64,000 nt of DNA from Eledone cirrhosa (taxonomy: Eukaryota): contig OZ024749.1 of NCBI GenBank assembly GCA_964016885.1, positions 46,376,001 through 46,440,000 of the forward strand, given 5' to 3'. The notes beneath the pieces were generated by a model. It did not search any database, was not told where the DNA came from, and saw nothing but the letters and a program-made list of their open reading frames with translations. Of the stretch, positions 25,995 through 41,149 are shown one piece after another; positions within the stretch are counted from its first letter, which is position 1; each line of letters opens with the position of its first letter. The position numbers and the translations under genes were made by a program.

Positions 25995-28279
25995 ATAGGT
26001 AAAATTGAAATGGTACGAAATCAGAATATTTGGGAATAGCAAAATCGACTTGGAGGTGGGGAAATTGCATTTTGTTAGGCCTCCAAATTTCACCCATGAT
26101 TCCTTAAAATCTCATTCAGGATTCATTAATTTGTGGTTAATAAGATGAGTACCAGTACATTACCTGTTGTCAACTAAATGAAGGTTTTTCTCCAAAATGT
26201 TTAGTTTCAGTCACTAACCTCTACGTTGCGCAAGTGCAGGCATCCGCATGCGTTTTGAAAACAGTGTATTAAAGTTTAGTTAACTAAAATAATGTAATAA
26301 TTGATCATATGTCTTATTGTAAATGACATCATAGGTAGATACTTCTGTTAACTAGTTAGCCGCTTTTATAACTAACAGATTTACATTTTATGATCAGTGT
26401 TTATATAGTAAATTTACGAGAAATGTTTCAAATTATGTAGATAGTGTACTGAGATTTTATTGGAAAATATATTGTATCACTATAATGATTTCAAAAGAAG
26501 CAAAGGGTGTGAAGCGAAAGAAAAAGAAAATAAAAAACTACGATTTTGAATGGTTTTACAAAATGGTAAAAATTTCAACACCAAAATGCTCGTGAGATCA
26601 TGAGCATTCGGAGAAATATTTATGTGTGATTCAGAAAATAAAGTTGTTTATCTGCATTGCTTTGTTACAAAAGTTGCATACGAATTTGCAAGTGTAATGA
26701 AGTAGAATAATACTTGTAGCTTATATCTTTAAAACGCCATTTGACAACTAAGGCATATTTGGATGATATACAAAGAAAAAAAACTTAAAACAACCCGTCA
26801 TCACCCATAACAGGAGTGCTGTGCATACTTTGTGAGTGTCGATGATAGAGAGTTAAATTTATTAAACCCAGAGGAATTCAAAGTTCTTATCACCAGTGTT
26901 GAGTGCTGTTAAATATGGATAGTTCTTTACATTCAGTACAGCGTTTTAACGAAGATATTGTCAGATATTTTCTACCCTCAGCCTGCTGCCAAAGTACAAA
27001 TTATATATATTTGAAAAAAAATGTGTCAGCATATTTTCACACTTTACCATTTGATAAATCTACATAGATACTATCAAAATTATCTTATTCCCTACTTCAT
27101 ATTCAGATCAAAAGATGATACTTTGTATAAAGCAATTTTGTTTTCTTTGTGGAATCGTTGAGTACCAGGTGAATAATAGCACTTCTATTTACAATGTTAT
27201 GTACATCCACAGAAATTACATCAGACCAGAAGGTTTTTCTCTTAAGCCTTCTGTTGGTTTGTCAGGAAAATTTGTAATTGAATGGGGTTTGGTTTAAATA
27301 TTTCTCGGAAATTTAACAATAATATCCAGTAAATTGTTAGGTGCTATTGCTATTAGTCTATTCCAATATTACATCACATAAAAATAAACATACGCCTTAT
27401 TTCTTTCTTTAATAGAACAGCAGAATGAAGCAAGTAATTCACAATATTGAATAAAATCATAACTCAATGCATTACTTCGTAGAATGCAATCATATTTATA
27501 TATTAAAACAGAGGATGTAACAGCCCGCCTACCTTGTATGTCTTCCATCGACACACACTAGCTTTCTTACGCAAAAGGATTTTGACTGGGAACATATCAA
27601 AATACGTTAAGGAATTTATAATATGAAAACATATTGAATTTAAAAAAAAAACATTAATTTTGACTTGTTTTAATAAAAGTTTCTAAAACTTCAATAAGAT
27701 TTTTTCAATAACATTTTAAAATAAGCCTAGAGTATTTTCAATAAAGTTATTTTATTAAAATTTCTAAAAATATATTTAATGTGTTTCCTTTAAAATTATT
27801 TTTGTATAAGATTGGATATTCTGTCAGCAAGTACCGGGTCCTAATTAAAACGACACGCAAATACAGTTTTATTAACCACGAGAGAATGTCCGTGCCAAAA
27901 TTATATTGAAACAATTTCACATTTACAATGCACAAAAGCGTTTACTGTGAAAACACATTAATCATTGGACAAAGAATTTACAATATAAGATCTTCGTGCA
28001 CACTGACTACAACATATATGAGGGAACATTGGTCATGTATCAAAATATAAAATCTTGTCCAATGTTTGAAAATTATATGTGTAAAAGGTAGTGTCGTTAA
28101 CAATAATGATTTGATCATAACGAATTTTGTTGCGGTGAAGTTGATAAAAGAAAGAAGGTATCGCATAAACAACATCAAATAAACCCATAGCAATACTAAA
28201 ATCATCTCTAGAATGTTGGTTGGATGTTATACATTTCCTATGAGTATTGGCCTAACATAAACAAAGAGAAACATGAGAT

Positions 28280-28463
28280 AATTGTTTCTACTTTTGGCAC
28301 AAGGCCAGCAATTACCCAGTGCATTACTGGTACTTTATTTTATCGACCCCGGAAGGATGAAAGGCAAAGTTAATCTCGGCGGGATTTGAACTCAGATCAT
28401 ACAGGGAGGTAACTCTATGCTTCAAAGCATGGCATCCGACCCTCTACCGATACTGCCAATCCA
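28280..28463 (-). mobile_element. Major-family SINE with 12-bp TSD
   Basis: Consensus match; acatgagataat is duplicated at 28271 and 28463. Confidence 0.9.
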
Positions 28464-29659
28464 CATGAGATAATGAAGCAGTGATAGTTTGATCACTCAA
28501 CCTTCTACAAATAGAACAAATTAAATTGCGCAATATAGTTCTAGATGTAAAATAATGCTGCGTGTTCATGGCTAAACCGTCTTTATTCTCGATCACGTCT
28601 GTTTACTTTAGGATCTAATTACGAGCTTTGGCACTGCAAAGTCTGTTTATGGATATTTTAAGATGGTATCATGTCACAGTTATCTCAGTAACAAAATCTT
28701 AAAAAATTTAAACTGGTGTTTTTCATAAGCATCAGGCAGCCATTTTACTGAGGATGATTTGACAGAAATTTGTGGTTATATGATAAGAAATATGACAAAA
28801 TGATTAAACTAATGTAATTGTTTTTGTCGTGCTGCATATAGTATAGTGTATATTTACAGTAATCTCATTTGCGAGAATTTACTTAAACAAACCATTAAAT
28901 CCTTTGCAATTCCTCGACAAGTAATCTTCGAAGTTAGTGATTCACTCTTCATTTTAAAAAGTGGTGCATCGTTCAATGAATAAAACGTTCAGATGGCATT
29001 GATAAAATTAAAATTGACGGTGACAAGATCGAGACCTTAGATAACAAGATTGAGTCTGACAATGACGAGTTAGAAAATGATGTTAATGAATTTGAGATTA
29101 ACGCTGATTAGGTTGAGTTTCATAGTGACGAATTTGCGAAGGAAATTTTGTATTTGCATACTCTAAAATGGCAAATGATTATTTTGTGCAACACTATCGC
29201 TCAATTGCATGATCACATTGAGATATATGAATGGATTTCGCATGACAACAGACGGTGTTCCTCCCAGATGTCACATAACAAATTATGGCCCAGGAATATG
29301 TGGTCCCCGCATGGAAATCTGAACAATACAGAATTGTTACCAGGAAACCGAGAAAATGACCGATAGAAGGCAAGTTTTATTTCCCTGATTTGTCAATCTA
29401 AAAATATTAATTGCATTCAATCAAGTTGATATCTCAAAAACAACTGTTAAAAATAAAAAAAAATAAAAAACTACGAAACTGATAACTATCACATAGAGTT
29501 TATTATCCAGATCTCTAACCAGACAATCATCTATTTTTCTAGCGAAAAATGTGTAAATTCCAATATGATTTATTAATAGAATTTATTTCATTAATAGAAT
29601 TCATCCAAAGACGAGATTGCTTTTCTCTAGATGGTTAATAATGTCTAATAAATTCGAAT

Positions 29660-30652
<993 letters not shown>

Positions 30653-31388
30653 AATATGCGTGTGTAAATGAAGTTTATGTGCATCTAGTTATACATTTTT
30701 CTATATTTCTGTATCGTGTTGAGCACTCTAATTTTGCTAGCATATGTAGATATATGGAACTAAATACATATATGGAAGTACATGCATATATACTCGTATA
30801 TACAAGGTAATCTGAAACAATATCATACAATAGTTCACATATGTACAGATACATTTATATGCATGTGTCTCTTTTACAGATACTAATAAAATGCACAACA
30901 AAACGAAATAATTATTTCATATAAACTTCTGCATTGAAATAAGTTAAAATAAAATAAAATATAACTACAAAAATATTCTAAAATAATTTTATAGCATGTT
31001 AACAGTGACAACAAATAAAATAACAAAGGTTAAAAGAAAGAAAAAATTGAAATTAAAATATGGAAAATGTGAAAAATTAGAAATAATAAAAATAAGTGGG
31101 GAACGAAATAAACGAAACAATAGAAAGTTACAACAATATAACTTGGAATAAATAAATGAATAAATAAATAATATGCACATAATAAAACCTGTACACTTGT
31201 TGACACGTTGGCATGGAGTATTAAAATCTGTAGAAAAATGAAAAATCTGAAAAGTCAACAAAGAAAAAAATGGCAGTGAACATTTGGAATTTCAACACGT
31301 TTGATAGAGTGCAGGAAAAAAATTATGTGATAATAAAATAGATGATTTAAGCTGCTAAAATTCCTGTTTAGAGTCATGTACATGAATG

Positions 31389-31435
<47 letters not shown>

Positions 31436-31446
31436 ATGTGTGTATG

Positions 31447-31556
<110 letters not shown>

Positions 31557-32252
31557 CACACACACATACATATATACATATATACATATATACGAAAATG
31601 CATTGCGCAACGTTAGTTTTCAGGCTCTGACAGTTGAACATAAGTGCAATCGGTATTTGCTTGGCATATCATCAGGCGGAATTCATAAAAATGGCTGAAT
31701 GGAATATGGCGCAATATTTCGCAATATAGAACATTATATAATTGGTGAAGTGTATCTAATTTCGTGTTTAATATGATAAACTAAATGTAGTGTATAATAA
31801 GTATATGTCTATGACATTGAATTTCATAGAGGCTATTGAGAATGAAATGCTGAGAGAAAAGGGGGTGATAATATTGAACTAGTTTATGAGTGAATGTGAG
31901 GATGTATGATATTTTAAGGATGCATTTACATCTAACCGAGCAGGCTGTATGCCTGTTTGTTGGTGATTCTATGAAAAGAGCAAGTATTTACTGAAACGCA
32001 ACCAGCTCCTGAAAATCCTATTTTTAGAGGTATACATTTGAAAGTTTTATGCCTTGGATTCTTCTTCTTTATTCAATGGTAAACAAACAAGACAGTACAT
32101 AACTTTGATCTATTGGTGTGAAATCTGGGCTTTTCTAATATTCTCCATTTCATTCTATGGTGTAGTCTGTCATTTAAATCCCATGCATATTTCGCTATAT
32201 ATATATGCATATCTGTCTGCCTGTCCCCCCCCCCCCCCACGCTCTCTCTCTC

Positions 32253-32298
<46 letters not shown>

Positions 32299-32376
32299 CA
32301 CATACACACATACACGCCTTTTGGGATTCTTTCTCACGTCGTGTAGACGCGTTCTTGAAGCTAGTAAAATGAGGTA

Positions 32377-32466
32377 TCCTCTTGATAAGTCGGCAGACCT
32401 CGTAAAGACTCTATATCTTTATGATGTATTGTTTTTGTTTATGCCACGAAACTACGTAGTCGAGGA
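32377..32466 (+). ncRNA. Type I hammerhead motif with U3-A8 core
   Basis: tcctc-TTGATAA-gt c ggca...tgcc ac-GAAAC TACGTA GTC-gagga: perfect stem I, palindromic stem III (ACTACGTAGT), GUC triplet. Confidence 0.8.
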
Positions 32467-32535
32467 ATCTAGGAGCAGTTTAGGTATGATACATTTTATT
32501 ACTAATTATATCTAAATGTTTCTTCTCTCTTCATA

Positions 32536-32592
<57 letters not shown>

Positions 32593-33497
32593 CACATATA
32601 CGCACATATATATATAAATTATTTTAATTAAAAAGAAAAAATATATATATATATGTCTGTGTGTGTAAAATTGCTCAGATACACCCATACAAATGTAGAC
32701 ATATATAAGATTTCATACGTTTTATTTCTCACCATTAGATAGATTTAGACACCAAAATTGGAAACTATTATTAAGTACATAGCGTAAATTAGCTAAAGCT
32801 AGACATATTGCTTTGCGGCTGACATGACCATACCCGGCCTTCCTATGTTTTCAGATAAATGGCTAGGCAAGGTGCCGAATAAGCTTATTCAAGCGAATGG
32901 GTCTGAGCAGATTTAGCAAATCACAGTCAACGGAAATGTAAGTAAATTTCTCTCTTTCTCTCATTATATATATATATATATATATTATACATAAACAATA
33001 AGAGTGGGTTGAAAGAATTTCAATAGCTTCATTAATTATTTGTCGACTTTCATAACATGATTTAATTTGAACAATATACAGTACAGTCTTAAGATTTTAC
33101 AAGAAAACTTATCTGATAATCCTGTGAGAAACAGGCGAAACTCCATTGTAACAATATTCATAGAGTAGTCTTGATAAAAATGAATATATGTGTAAACTCG
33201 CATACCTCAGGACATGTCGATTAAGAGTCGGGATCCGATCACTTGATCAAACCCGAGATGATCTATTCATATATATATATCTGCATATTACAGCCGCCTT
33301 AAACCAGGATCACAATCCAACGAGAGACAGGCCTCGTAACATCGTCGAGTGCTTCGAACATGTCGCCGCTAGTAACCACAAGTTACTCATATAGCAACAC
33401 ACACACGCGCACACACACACGCACACACACACACACACACGCTCGCACACACACACACACACAAACAAACACGCACACACATATATCTATATATATG

Positions 33498-33766
33498 TGT
33501 GCAGGAGAGAAGACTGAGATGGTATGGACATGTGATGCGCATGGCGGATAACCGCTGGCTAAAGAAGTACCAAGAAATCCAAGTAGAAGGAAGACGCAGT
33601 AGAGGAAGACCACGAAAAACATGGGCGGAGGTGGTGAGAGCTGACCCCAGATCGCTGAAACTCACGGAGGACCGAGACAAGTGGAGAGATGCTGTGCTGA
33701 ATAGGACCCGTTCTACCCTTGCAAGCAGGAAAAAGCGGACGTAAAATGATGATGATGATGATGATA
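33498..33766 (+). mobile_element. RTE-clade LINE 3' end
   Basis: QERRLRWYGHVMRM...VEGRRSRGRPRKTWAEVV...DRDKWR followed by a (GAT)n tail. Confidence 0.92.
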
Positions 33767-33984
33767 TATATATGTAAGAGAATCAGAAATTAAGTGAACA
33801 TAGTAATAACAACATGAATAGTACACCGGTCACTACCACGAGTACCACCGTCAACATGACGTCTGCTCTAAATCCTTGAATGATAACAGCAAGATATCAT
33901 TACACTAACAGCAACTGGATGGACGGTAAGAAAGTCGATGTGGGCGCAAGAAGAAAGAAAAACAACAACACAATAATAAAAACA

Positions 33985-34730
33985 ATGGTTTCTGATTTAG
34001 CTAATAGGTCAACAATTTTGGGTGAAGGGGGAAGTGCGTTATAGGTACTTTACCTTATCAACCTGCTAAGCATGCAAGGCAAATATAACCTCGGTGGGAT
34101 TTGAACTCAGAACGTAAAGGGCCGTAACACAATGCCATGAAGCATGATGTCCGATTCTCTACTATTACTGCCAATAACCGTTTCTACTTTTGGCACAAGG
34201 CCATCAATTAACCAGTGCATTACTGGTACTTTATTTTATCGACCCCCGTAAAGATGAAAGGTAAAGTTAATCACGGCTGGAAATAATGATTGCCAATTAA
34301 TAAGATTTCTTGCCTACAAAAATTAGCTCTTCTTGCCTCATGCCATATATCCTGCGAAATGTACTAGCCATCTGAGTTCTCCAGAGTTGATTGTCAGTTT
34401 GTTTACATCACTCTGGTGAAAACCATGATAGAAAAATGAAATAATAATAATAATAATAACAATAATAATAATAATAATGCTTTCTTTATTAACCACAAGG
34501 GTTTACACAAAGTAGACATTAAGGACAGTACAGGACAATACAGGATGGTACAAATGGGAATTTCTGCGTGTAAAAAAAAAAAAAAATACAGGATGTAATT
34601 ACCCAGTACATTACTGGTACTTTATTTTATCGACCCCGTAAGGATGATAGGCAAAGTTAACTTCGGCGGGATTTGAACTCAGAATGGCAAGGGCCGGAAC
34701 TCTATGCGTCAAAGCATGGCGTCCGACCCT
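33985..34730 (-). mobile_element. Cluster of three major-family SINE copies or fragments
   Basis: Consensus segments at about 33985-34173, 34178-34280 and 34595-34730. Confidence 0.8.
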
Positions 34731-35072
34731 AAAATTTCCATTTGACACGAGAGTGCAAGAAAAGGGAGAAGGAGAAAATTAACCGATACCAGTATTTAAA
34801 GTGAGAGTTAAAAAGGATTTGGAACTGCCATGAAATCAAGGTCGTCCCAATTGTCATAGGTGCACTAGGTACTATCTGAAAGAGTTTCCAAGGATGGTTA
34901 AAGAAATTAGTCCAGCCCCGCTTTTTGGAACACTTCAAAAAGCATGCTTGCTGGCAACAGCAAGAACCCTCCGATACGTCCTGAATGTCTAAGGCTGCAG
35001 ATAGTGGCTTGATATTCAATTCAACAAACCTTCCAGTTAAATAACATCAATGACTGAAACTCAAAGAACAAC

Positions 35073-35135
<63 letters not shown>
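34730..35135 (+). mobile_element. R4/Dong-clade LINE 3' end with (AAT)n
   Basis: EKEKINRYQYLK*ELKRIWNCHEIKVVPIVIGALGTI REL-endonuclease motif with stops; ends in an (AAT)n tract. Confidence 0.85.
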
Positions 35136-35468
35136 TGGAAAAATGAGGAAATTGAGAACTAAAACAATGCCAGTGGTTGTAGGCGCTCTGGGAATGATAC
35201 CTAAGGGGTCTAATGATTACTTATCGCAAATCCCAAGAAACGTATAGGAGAAATACAAAAGATAGTACTAATGGGAACTGCCCATATACTAAGGAAGATT
35301 CTGTCAATATAAGTACATCACAAGTCTAAACACTAAAGATGCATGTGTGAGTATGTATGTTCCTTCTTGAACATGGCGGACCTTGTTGTCTCTTGAGGTG
35401 ATTGGTTGTGACTTGGTGATAACTCGTATGAACATAAAGCAAGATAATAATAATAATAATAATAATAA
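35136..35468 (+). mobile_element. Second R4/Dong-clade LINE 3' end inserted in the (AAT)n tract
   Basis: KTMPVVVGALGMIPK...EIQKIVLMGTAHILRKILS; (AAT)n on both sides. Confidence 0.85.
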
Positions 35469-35679
35469 AAATATTGATGATGATGGTGATGTTGATGATG
35501 ATGATGATGATGACTTATTACGTTGGCCACAAGGCCGTATGATTTTGCGTACAATACAATGACAAATAAACTGAACAAACATAAACAACATGAGGAGTTT
35601 ACGTCGAGGAAGTAAGATTGGTGATAACAAAACAAACATATGAAAATGATAATGATGATGATGATGATGATGATAATAA

Positions 35680-35722
<43 letters not shown>

Positions 35723-37039
35723 TCATCATCATCATCATCACCATCAATATCATCGATAAGATCAATAACTAAATATAAACAACAACATCCACCACCTCAA
35801 TCTATACCACTACCAACACTCATCAACACAACAATAACATCAACAACATGAAAAATAATAACATTGATGAAGGCAAATAAACTGAAATAGAGAGCAAGTT
35901 TAATCTTTGCTACAGACAACAAAGTTGTTTTAATTGAGTTACCGGTATTTGATAACGAATTCGGGAACATTTAGCCGCAAGAGACTTGTTATATTTTCTT
36001 CTATATCTTAGAGACTTCAAGACTAGTTAGCAATGATATCACTGTGGTCAGTATTATCATTATATTATTTTTTCAAACACACTATCATTTCTTTTGAAAA
36101 ACCCACTATCACCTCTCATGTTTTTTTTCTCCATTACTCTTTACTTGTTTCTCTTATCGTTCTCTCAGGCTTTCATATCTTATAGTTTTTTTAGTATTTA
36201 TCAAGTGAAGTTCCATTGCTCTTAAACCCTATCTTATATACGAAACAACCGAATTTTTCACAGTACGCTATATAGTAGTAGTAGAATAATCATTTTTAAC
36301 GCAGGTGCCAGGTTACAGATTTGAGTAAACGCATTAGTCTACTAAAAATACCAAAGTACTTAACTATTACTATATTTTCTCGAACCCCGAAGAAGGAAAG
36401 GAATAGTTGAACTTGGTGAGATACAAACTCAGAAAGGATAGAGGTGGAACAAATGCTCATTTACCAGCTTAATTCATAATAATTGAACTATGTTTGTGAT
36501 CGCCTGTGTTGGAAAAAGCAAAGAAACAAATCACGTGTTTGCAGTTTCGATGCTATAGTGCAGCATGTTAGGTAGGTATCTTCTACTATAGAATTCTTTT
36601 TCTTTTGCCTTGGCCAAAGCCCTGTGAGTGAAATTCAGTAAACGTGGTACTGTGCATATTGTTCAATGCTAGAATTCAAAATCTTAACCAAGAATTATAT
36701 CCTGTAGTAGATTTAATTCAGCACCAAACACTTTAAACCATTAAAATATAATATAAAAACGCGACAACCCCCCTCCCCTCAACACACACACACACACACA
36801 CAAAAAACAAAACAAAAGAACCCCCCCCCCCAAAAAAAAAAAAACAGAATTATAATTATTATGGTTTGGAACAATCATTTGAGTGTCGAAGAAATTTCCA
36901 CAAGTTATTTAGTTATGTCTTTTTTAATACTGAATTCAAAAAGTCAATTTCGTCTCTTATCATAATTAACAAATCTCTCTTAACAATTCGGTAGCTTTTG
37001 GCTATGCCTAAGTAATAATAATAGTTATTTCTAGCGCCG

Positions 37040-37908
37040 AGGGCGATGGATTAGTTGTGTTGGTAGAGTGTAAGAGAAAATAATTTGCGGCATTTACTTA
37101 AAATATTCTACGTTTTGAGTTCCAATTTCACTTATGTAGACTTTGTCTTTCGTCTTCCCAGGATCAATAAAATAAGTAACAGTCAATTATCAGAGGAAAC
37201 TTAAAACGACATTCTTCTTTCCCCAAACTGCTGGCCTGATGCTTAAATTAGAAACAATTAGATTCCCGGATTGGGGCATGTGTTGTGTCCTTGAACAAGA
37301 CATTTTATTTCATGCTGCTCTTTCTGCCAGGAGTTGCGATCGGTAAATATTAGTAGAAATTGGAAAGACAAATAGAAACATTGTTTCCTTGGTTCGATCT
37401 GAGTAGTCCCACTCCGCTCGGTAAGAGAAACATTTCAGGGATCTTGTTGATTTGGATTTCTATATCATTAAAGGTATTACTATAGAGTTTCATTTGCATG
37501 TCATTATATTTTTATACATAGTTACGTCCCTTTACGATCTGAGTTCAAATCCCGCCGAGGTTGATTTTGCCTGTCATCCTTACGGGGTCGATAAAATAAA
37601 GTACTAGTAATGCACTGGGTAATTGCTGGCATTGAGCCTAAAGTAGAAACAATTATATTTTTAAACATAGTATCACTAAAGTGTTGTAGTGCCGTGGTCA
37701 TTACCGTGTCTCATTACGTTGCAGTATTATTGTGTTATATTGGCAGTATCGCTAGAGGGTCGGACACCATGCTTTGCAGCCCTTGCCATTCTGAGTTCAA
37801 ATCCCGCTGAAGTTAACTTTGCCTTTCATCCTTACGTGGTCGATAAAATAAAGTACCAGTTATGCACTGGGTAATTGCTGGCCTTGTGCCAAAAGTAGAA
37901 ACAATTAT
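37040..37908 (+). mobile_element. SINE cluster (old copy 37040-37260, CORE-type fragment about 37262-37325, young copies 37518-37655 and 37739-37906)
   Basis: Consensus motifs; 16-bp TSD attattgtgttatatt at 37726 and 37904. Confidence 0.8.
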
Positions 37909-37971
37909 TGTGTTATATTTCCGTGTGAGAGTTGCCATAAATCCTGATTAAAAGACAGCAGGATCACTTAC

Positions 37972-38068
37972 CTGGAATATTCCATTGAGGATCTGGAGTA
38001 GTGCAACAGGAGAATGTGTTGTGTGAAATCAACAAAACCCAAAGAAACAACAATATCTTGATCGTCAT
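37972..38068 (-). CDS. SIAE: SIAE coding exon 1 (signal peptide)
   Basis: MTIKILLFLWVLLISHNTFSCCTTPDPQWNIP+G then GTAAGT. Hydrophobic signal-peptide-like stretch; phase 1 matches the next exon (G+GG=Gly). An alternative in-frame ATG lies at 38083. Confidence 0.75.
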
Positions 38069-38474
38069 TCTTTCATATATCATAATCTATAACAGAAAAA
38101 TATCAAAGCATTAAATAAGATCATATGATATGGTTTGTATGTATACGTGTATGTGTGTGCGTGTGTATATTTGCGTGTGCATACTTTGATGTGTATGGGT
38201 TTGAATGTGTATTTGTGTATGTGTGTAAGGAAAAAGCACGATTAGATATGCCGTGATTCTTGTCAGATACATATATGATCAACACTTTTATTTGCATTCC
38301 ATATTGCACAGCACGTTGTTCCGTCTTGGGTTCTTGTAGCTAACTAGTTTCTTCAATGATCAATGGGTCCTAAAGCCCCGCTCCATTCTTCTACATTTCA
38401 AGAAAAAAAGGAAGATATATATATATATGTCTCCCAAAATGCACAAAAGCACTTCTCATCGCGCTACATAGCAG

Positions 38475-38508
<34 letters not shown>

Positions 38509-38538
38509 GGAGATTGAGAGGAAGAGAGAGGGATTGCA

Positions 38539-38625
<87 letters not shown>

Positions 38626-39296
38626 CGTCACAAAGAGAAACAACGATCAACGATGGACCGCAGTTTTTCACTGGTAGCTTATGCATAAAAATCAAATTCG
38701 ATATCTCCGTGATGTGATCTTGAACTCACACCACCTGACCAGTGGAATTCTATCCGAGGCTTTGAAGTTTATTTTGACATCACATTGATGAATGCAAGAT
38801 CGATATTTTGTGGGATTTGAATACAAAAAATTGATGGGAAATTTAACATAAAATAAATTTTAACACAGTGGCTCAATACCGAAACACTGTAAATCAATTT
38901 ATCGATTCTGTAAATATAAACCTCTTTATAATAATAATTAAAGGATGAAAGGCAAAATTGACCTCGACGGTATTGGAAGGTGGACCATAAAGAGCCGTAA
39001 ATAAAGTGCGCATGTTATTTACTTCGATACTCTTGTGGTTCTTGAAATTATCGCCCTTCTTATTATAAGGATAATGGGTTCTAACATACGCATAGAAGAA
39101 GCAATAGTGGGCAGTAACCGATTATATCGATAACAGTACTTCACTGGTATTTAATTTTATGGACAAAAAGAAGATGAAAGGTGAATTTGATGCCGCCAGG
39201 GCATCAAAAAAAACATGTAACATCCTGTAATAAATGTAGCTAAACATTTTCTCCAATACCCAAACGATTCTCTCAATCCAACAAATTTGTAAATAT

Positions 39297-39786
39297 AATA
39301 ATTGTTTCTACTTTGGCACAAGGCCAGCAATTACCCTGTGCATTACTGATACTTTATTTTATCGACCCTGTAAGGATGAAAGGCAAAGTTAACTTCGGCG
39401 GCGGGATTTGAACTCAGATCATAAAGGGGCGTAACTCTATGCTGCAAAGCATGGCGTCTGACGATACCGCTAATCCACCACCCTTTTGTAAATATTTTGT
39501 AAATATAATAATTGTTTCTACTTTTGGCACAAGGCCAGCAAATTACCCAGTGCATTACTGGTACTTTATTTTATCGACCCCGTAAGGATGAAAGGCAAAG
39601 TTAACCTCAGCGGGATTTGAACTCAGATCGTTAAGGGACGTAACTATGCTGGAAAGCATGGCATCCGACCCTCTACCGATACTGCCAATCCACCACCCTA
39701 GCATGGCATCCGACCCTCTACCGATACTGCCAATCCACCACCCTAGCATGGCGTCCGACCCTCTACCGATACTGCCAATCCACCGC
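39297..39786 (-). mobile_element. Tandem major-family SINEs, the second with a triplicated 45-bp head
   Basis: Two full copies; agcatggc.tccgaccctctaccgatactgccaatccacc occurs three times; tttgtaaatatataataatt flanks each unit. Confidence 0.9.
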
Positions 39787-39855
39787 ATTTTGTAAATATA
39801 ATAATAATTCTAAAGTAGAGGATGTCTGGAAATGCATAACTGTTAATTCTATGTT

Positions 39856-40031
39856 TACGACGGTCGACTGAGAAGTACATAGGCAGACAAAGGTACTCTC
39901 ATGTAATGACCAAATGAGGTTTATTTTTCAACATACTCCCTGGAAAGAAACAATGCGGTTATGAATAATACATGCAAGATTTCACATATCTAGCATCCCT
40001 CTTTCATCGTGTGAATTTTCAGCCGACTGTA

Positions 40032-40063
<32 letters not shown>

Positions 40064-40093
40064 TTACTTGCATACATAAATACATATACATAA

Positions 40094-40143
<50 letters not shown>

Positions 40144-40318
40144 TAGGGTCGACTGAAAAGTTTATAGGTTGATGGAATGAGCGAATCAGGTTTTATTTTT
40201 CAACATCCTTCCCGAAAAGAAACTCTACAGTTATGAAACAATGGAGTAATTGGAAATTAATGCATGCAACATTTCACAGTTCTAACATCACTCTGTGAAA
40301 TGTTCAGCCAGCCCCGTA
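39856..40318. mobile_element. Two tandem mariner-like MITE copies (39856-40034, 40141-40318)
   Basis: tac..gggtcgactga.aagt ... ttcagcc..c..gta ends and a shared interior; separated by (TA)n. Confidence 0.65.
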
Positions 40319-40908
40319 ATTCAGAAGACAGTTAATATCAGAAATAGTTATATAATGTATTGCGTTACACCTTTTAGACATCTGAGTTCAAACCCCGCTA
40401 CAGTGGATTGTGTCATTTAAATTACACCATTGTCGATATTTCGTTTAAGCTCTCAGATATTAATAAAACCAGTACTATTAAATATATTAGAAATTGATTC
40501 AACTGACTTCCTCCTTCACTGTAAATTCACATTACACTGTCGATAGAATTAATCAATATTACTAAAATTATACACTCGATGTTATCTCCAGCATAGTTTA
40601 ACTAACACTGGATTGGAACTAGTAAAAGGGTAAAACAAAACTATAACATACATTATTGAGACAGATTATATCATCAACCTACCTTTTAAGTAAACCGGAA
40701 TACAGTTACAGCAAGGTGTCTGAATGGTGTGAAAATATTAATCAACCTTTAGCGGATAATGATACAATGACACGTTGTTTCCTTTGTTTACTTAACTCTG
40801 GAAAACTTAAGCTATCAATATGCACACAGGAAAATATCTATTAGTTGTTTTCAATATATTTAACGGGTAAGGAGCATGGTTAATGTAAGTTATTACGTAA
40901 TATTACAC

Positions 40909-40990
<82 letters not shown>

Positions 40991-41048
40991 GTGTGTGTGT
41001 GTATATATATCATCCCGTGATGAAACACCAAACTTCAATATATATATA

Positions 41049-41126
<78 letters not shown>

Positions 41127-41149
41127 TATAGATATGTATGTATATATGT

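Noticed and set aside
31606-31678. Minus-strand CTGATGA...GAAAACTAACGTT with 3-bp stem I
   Set aside because: Extra A in the core and no convincing stem II; could be chance or heavily decayed.
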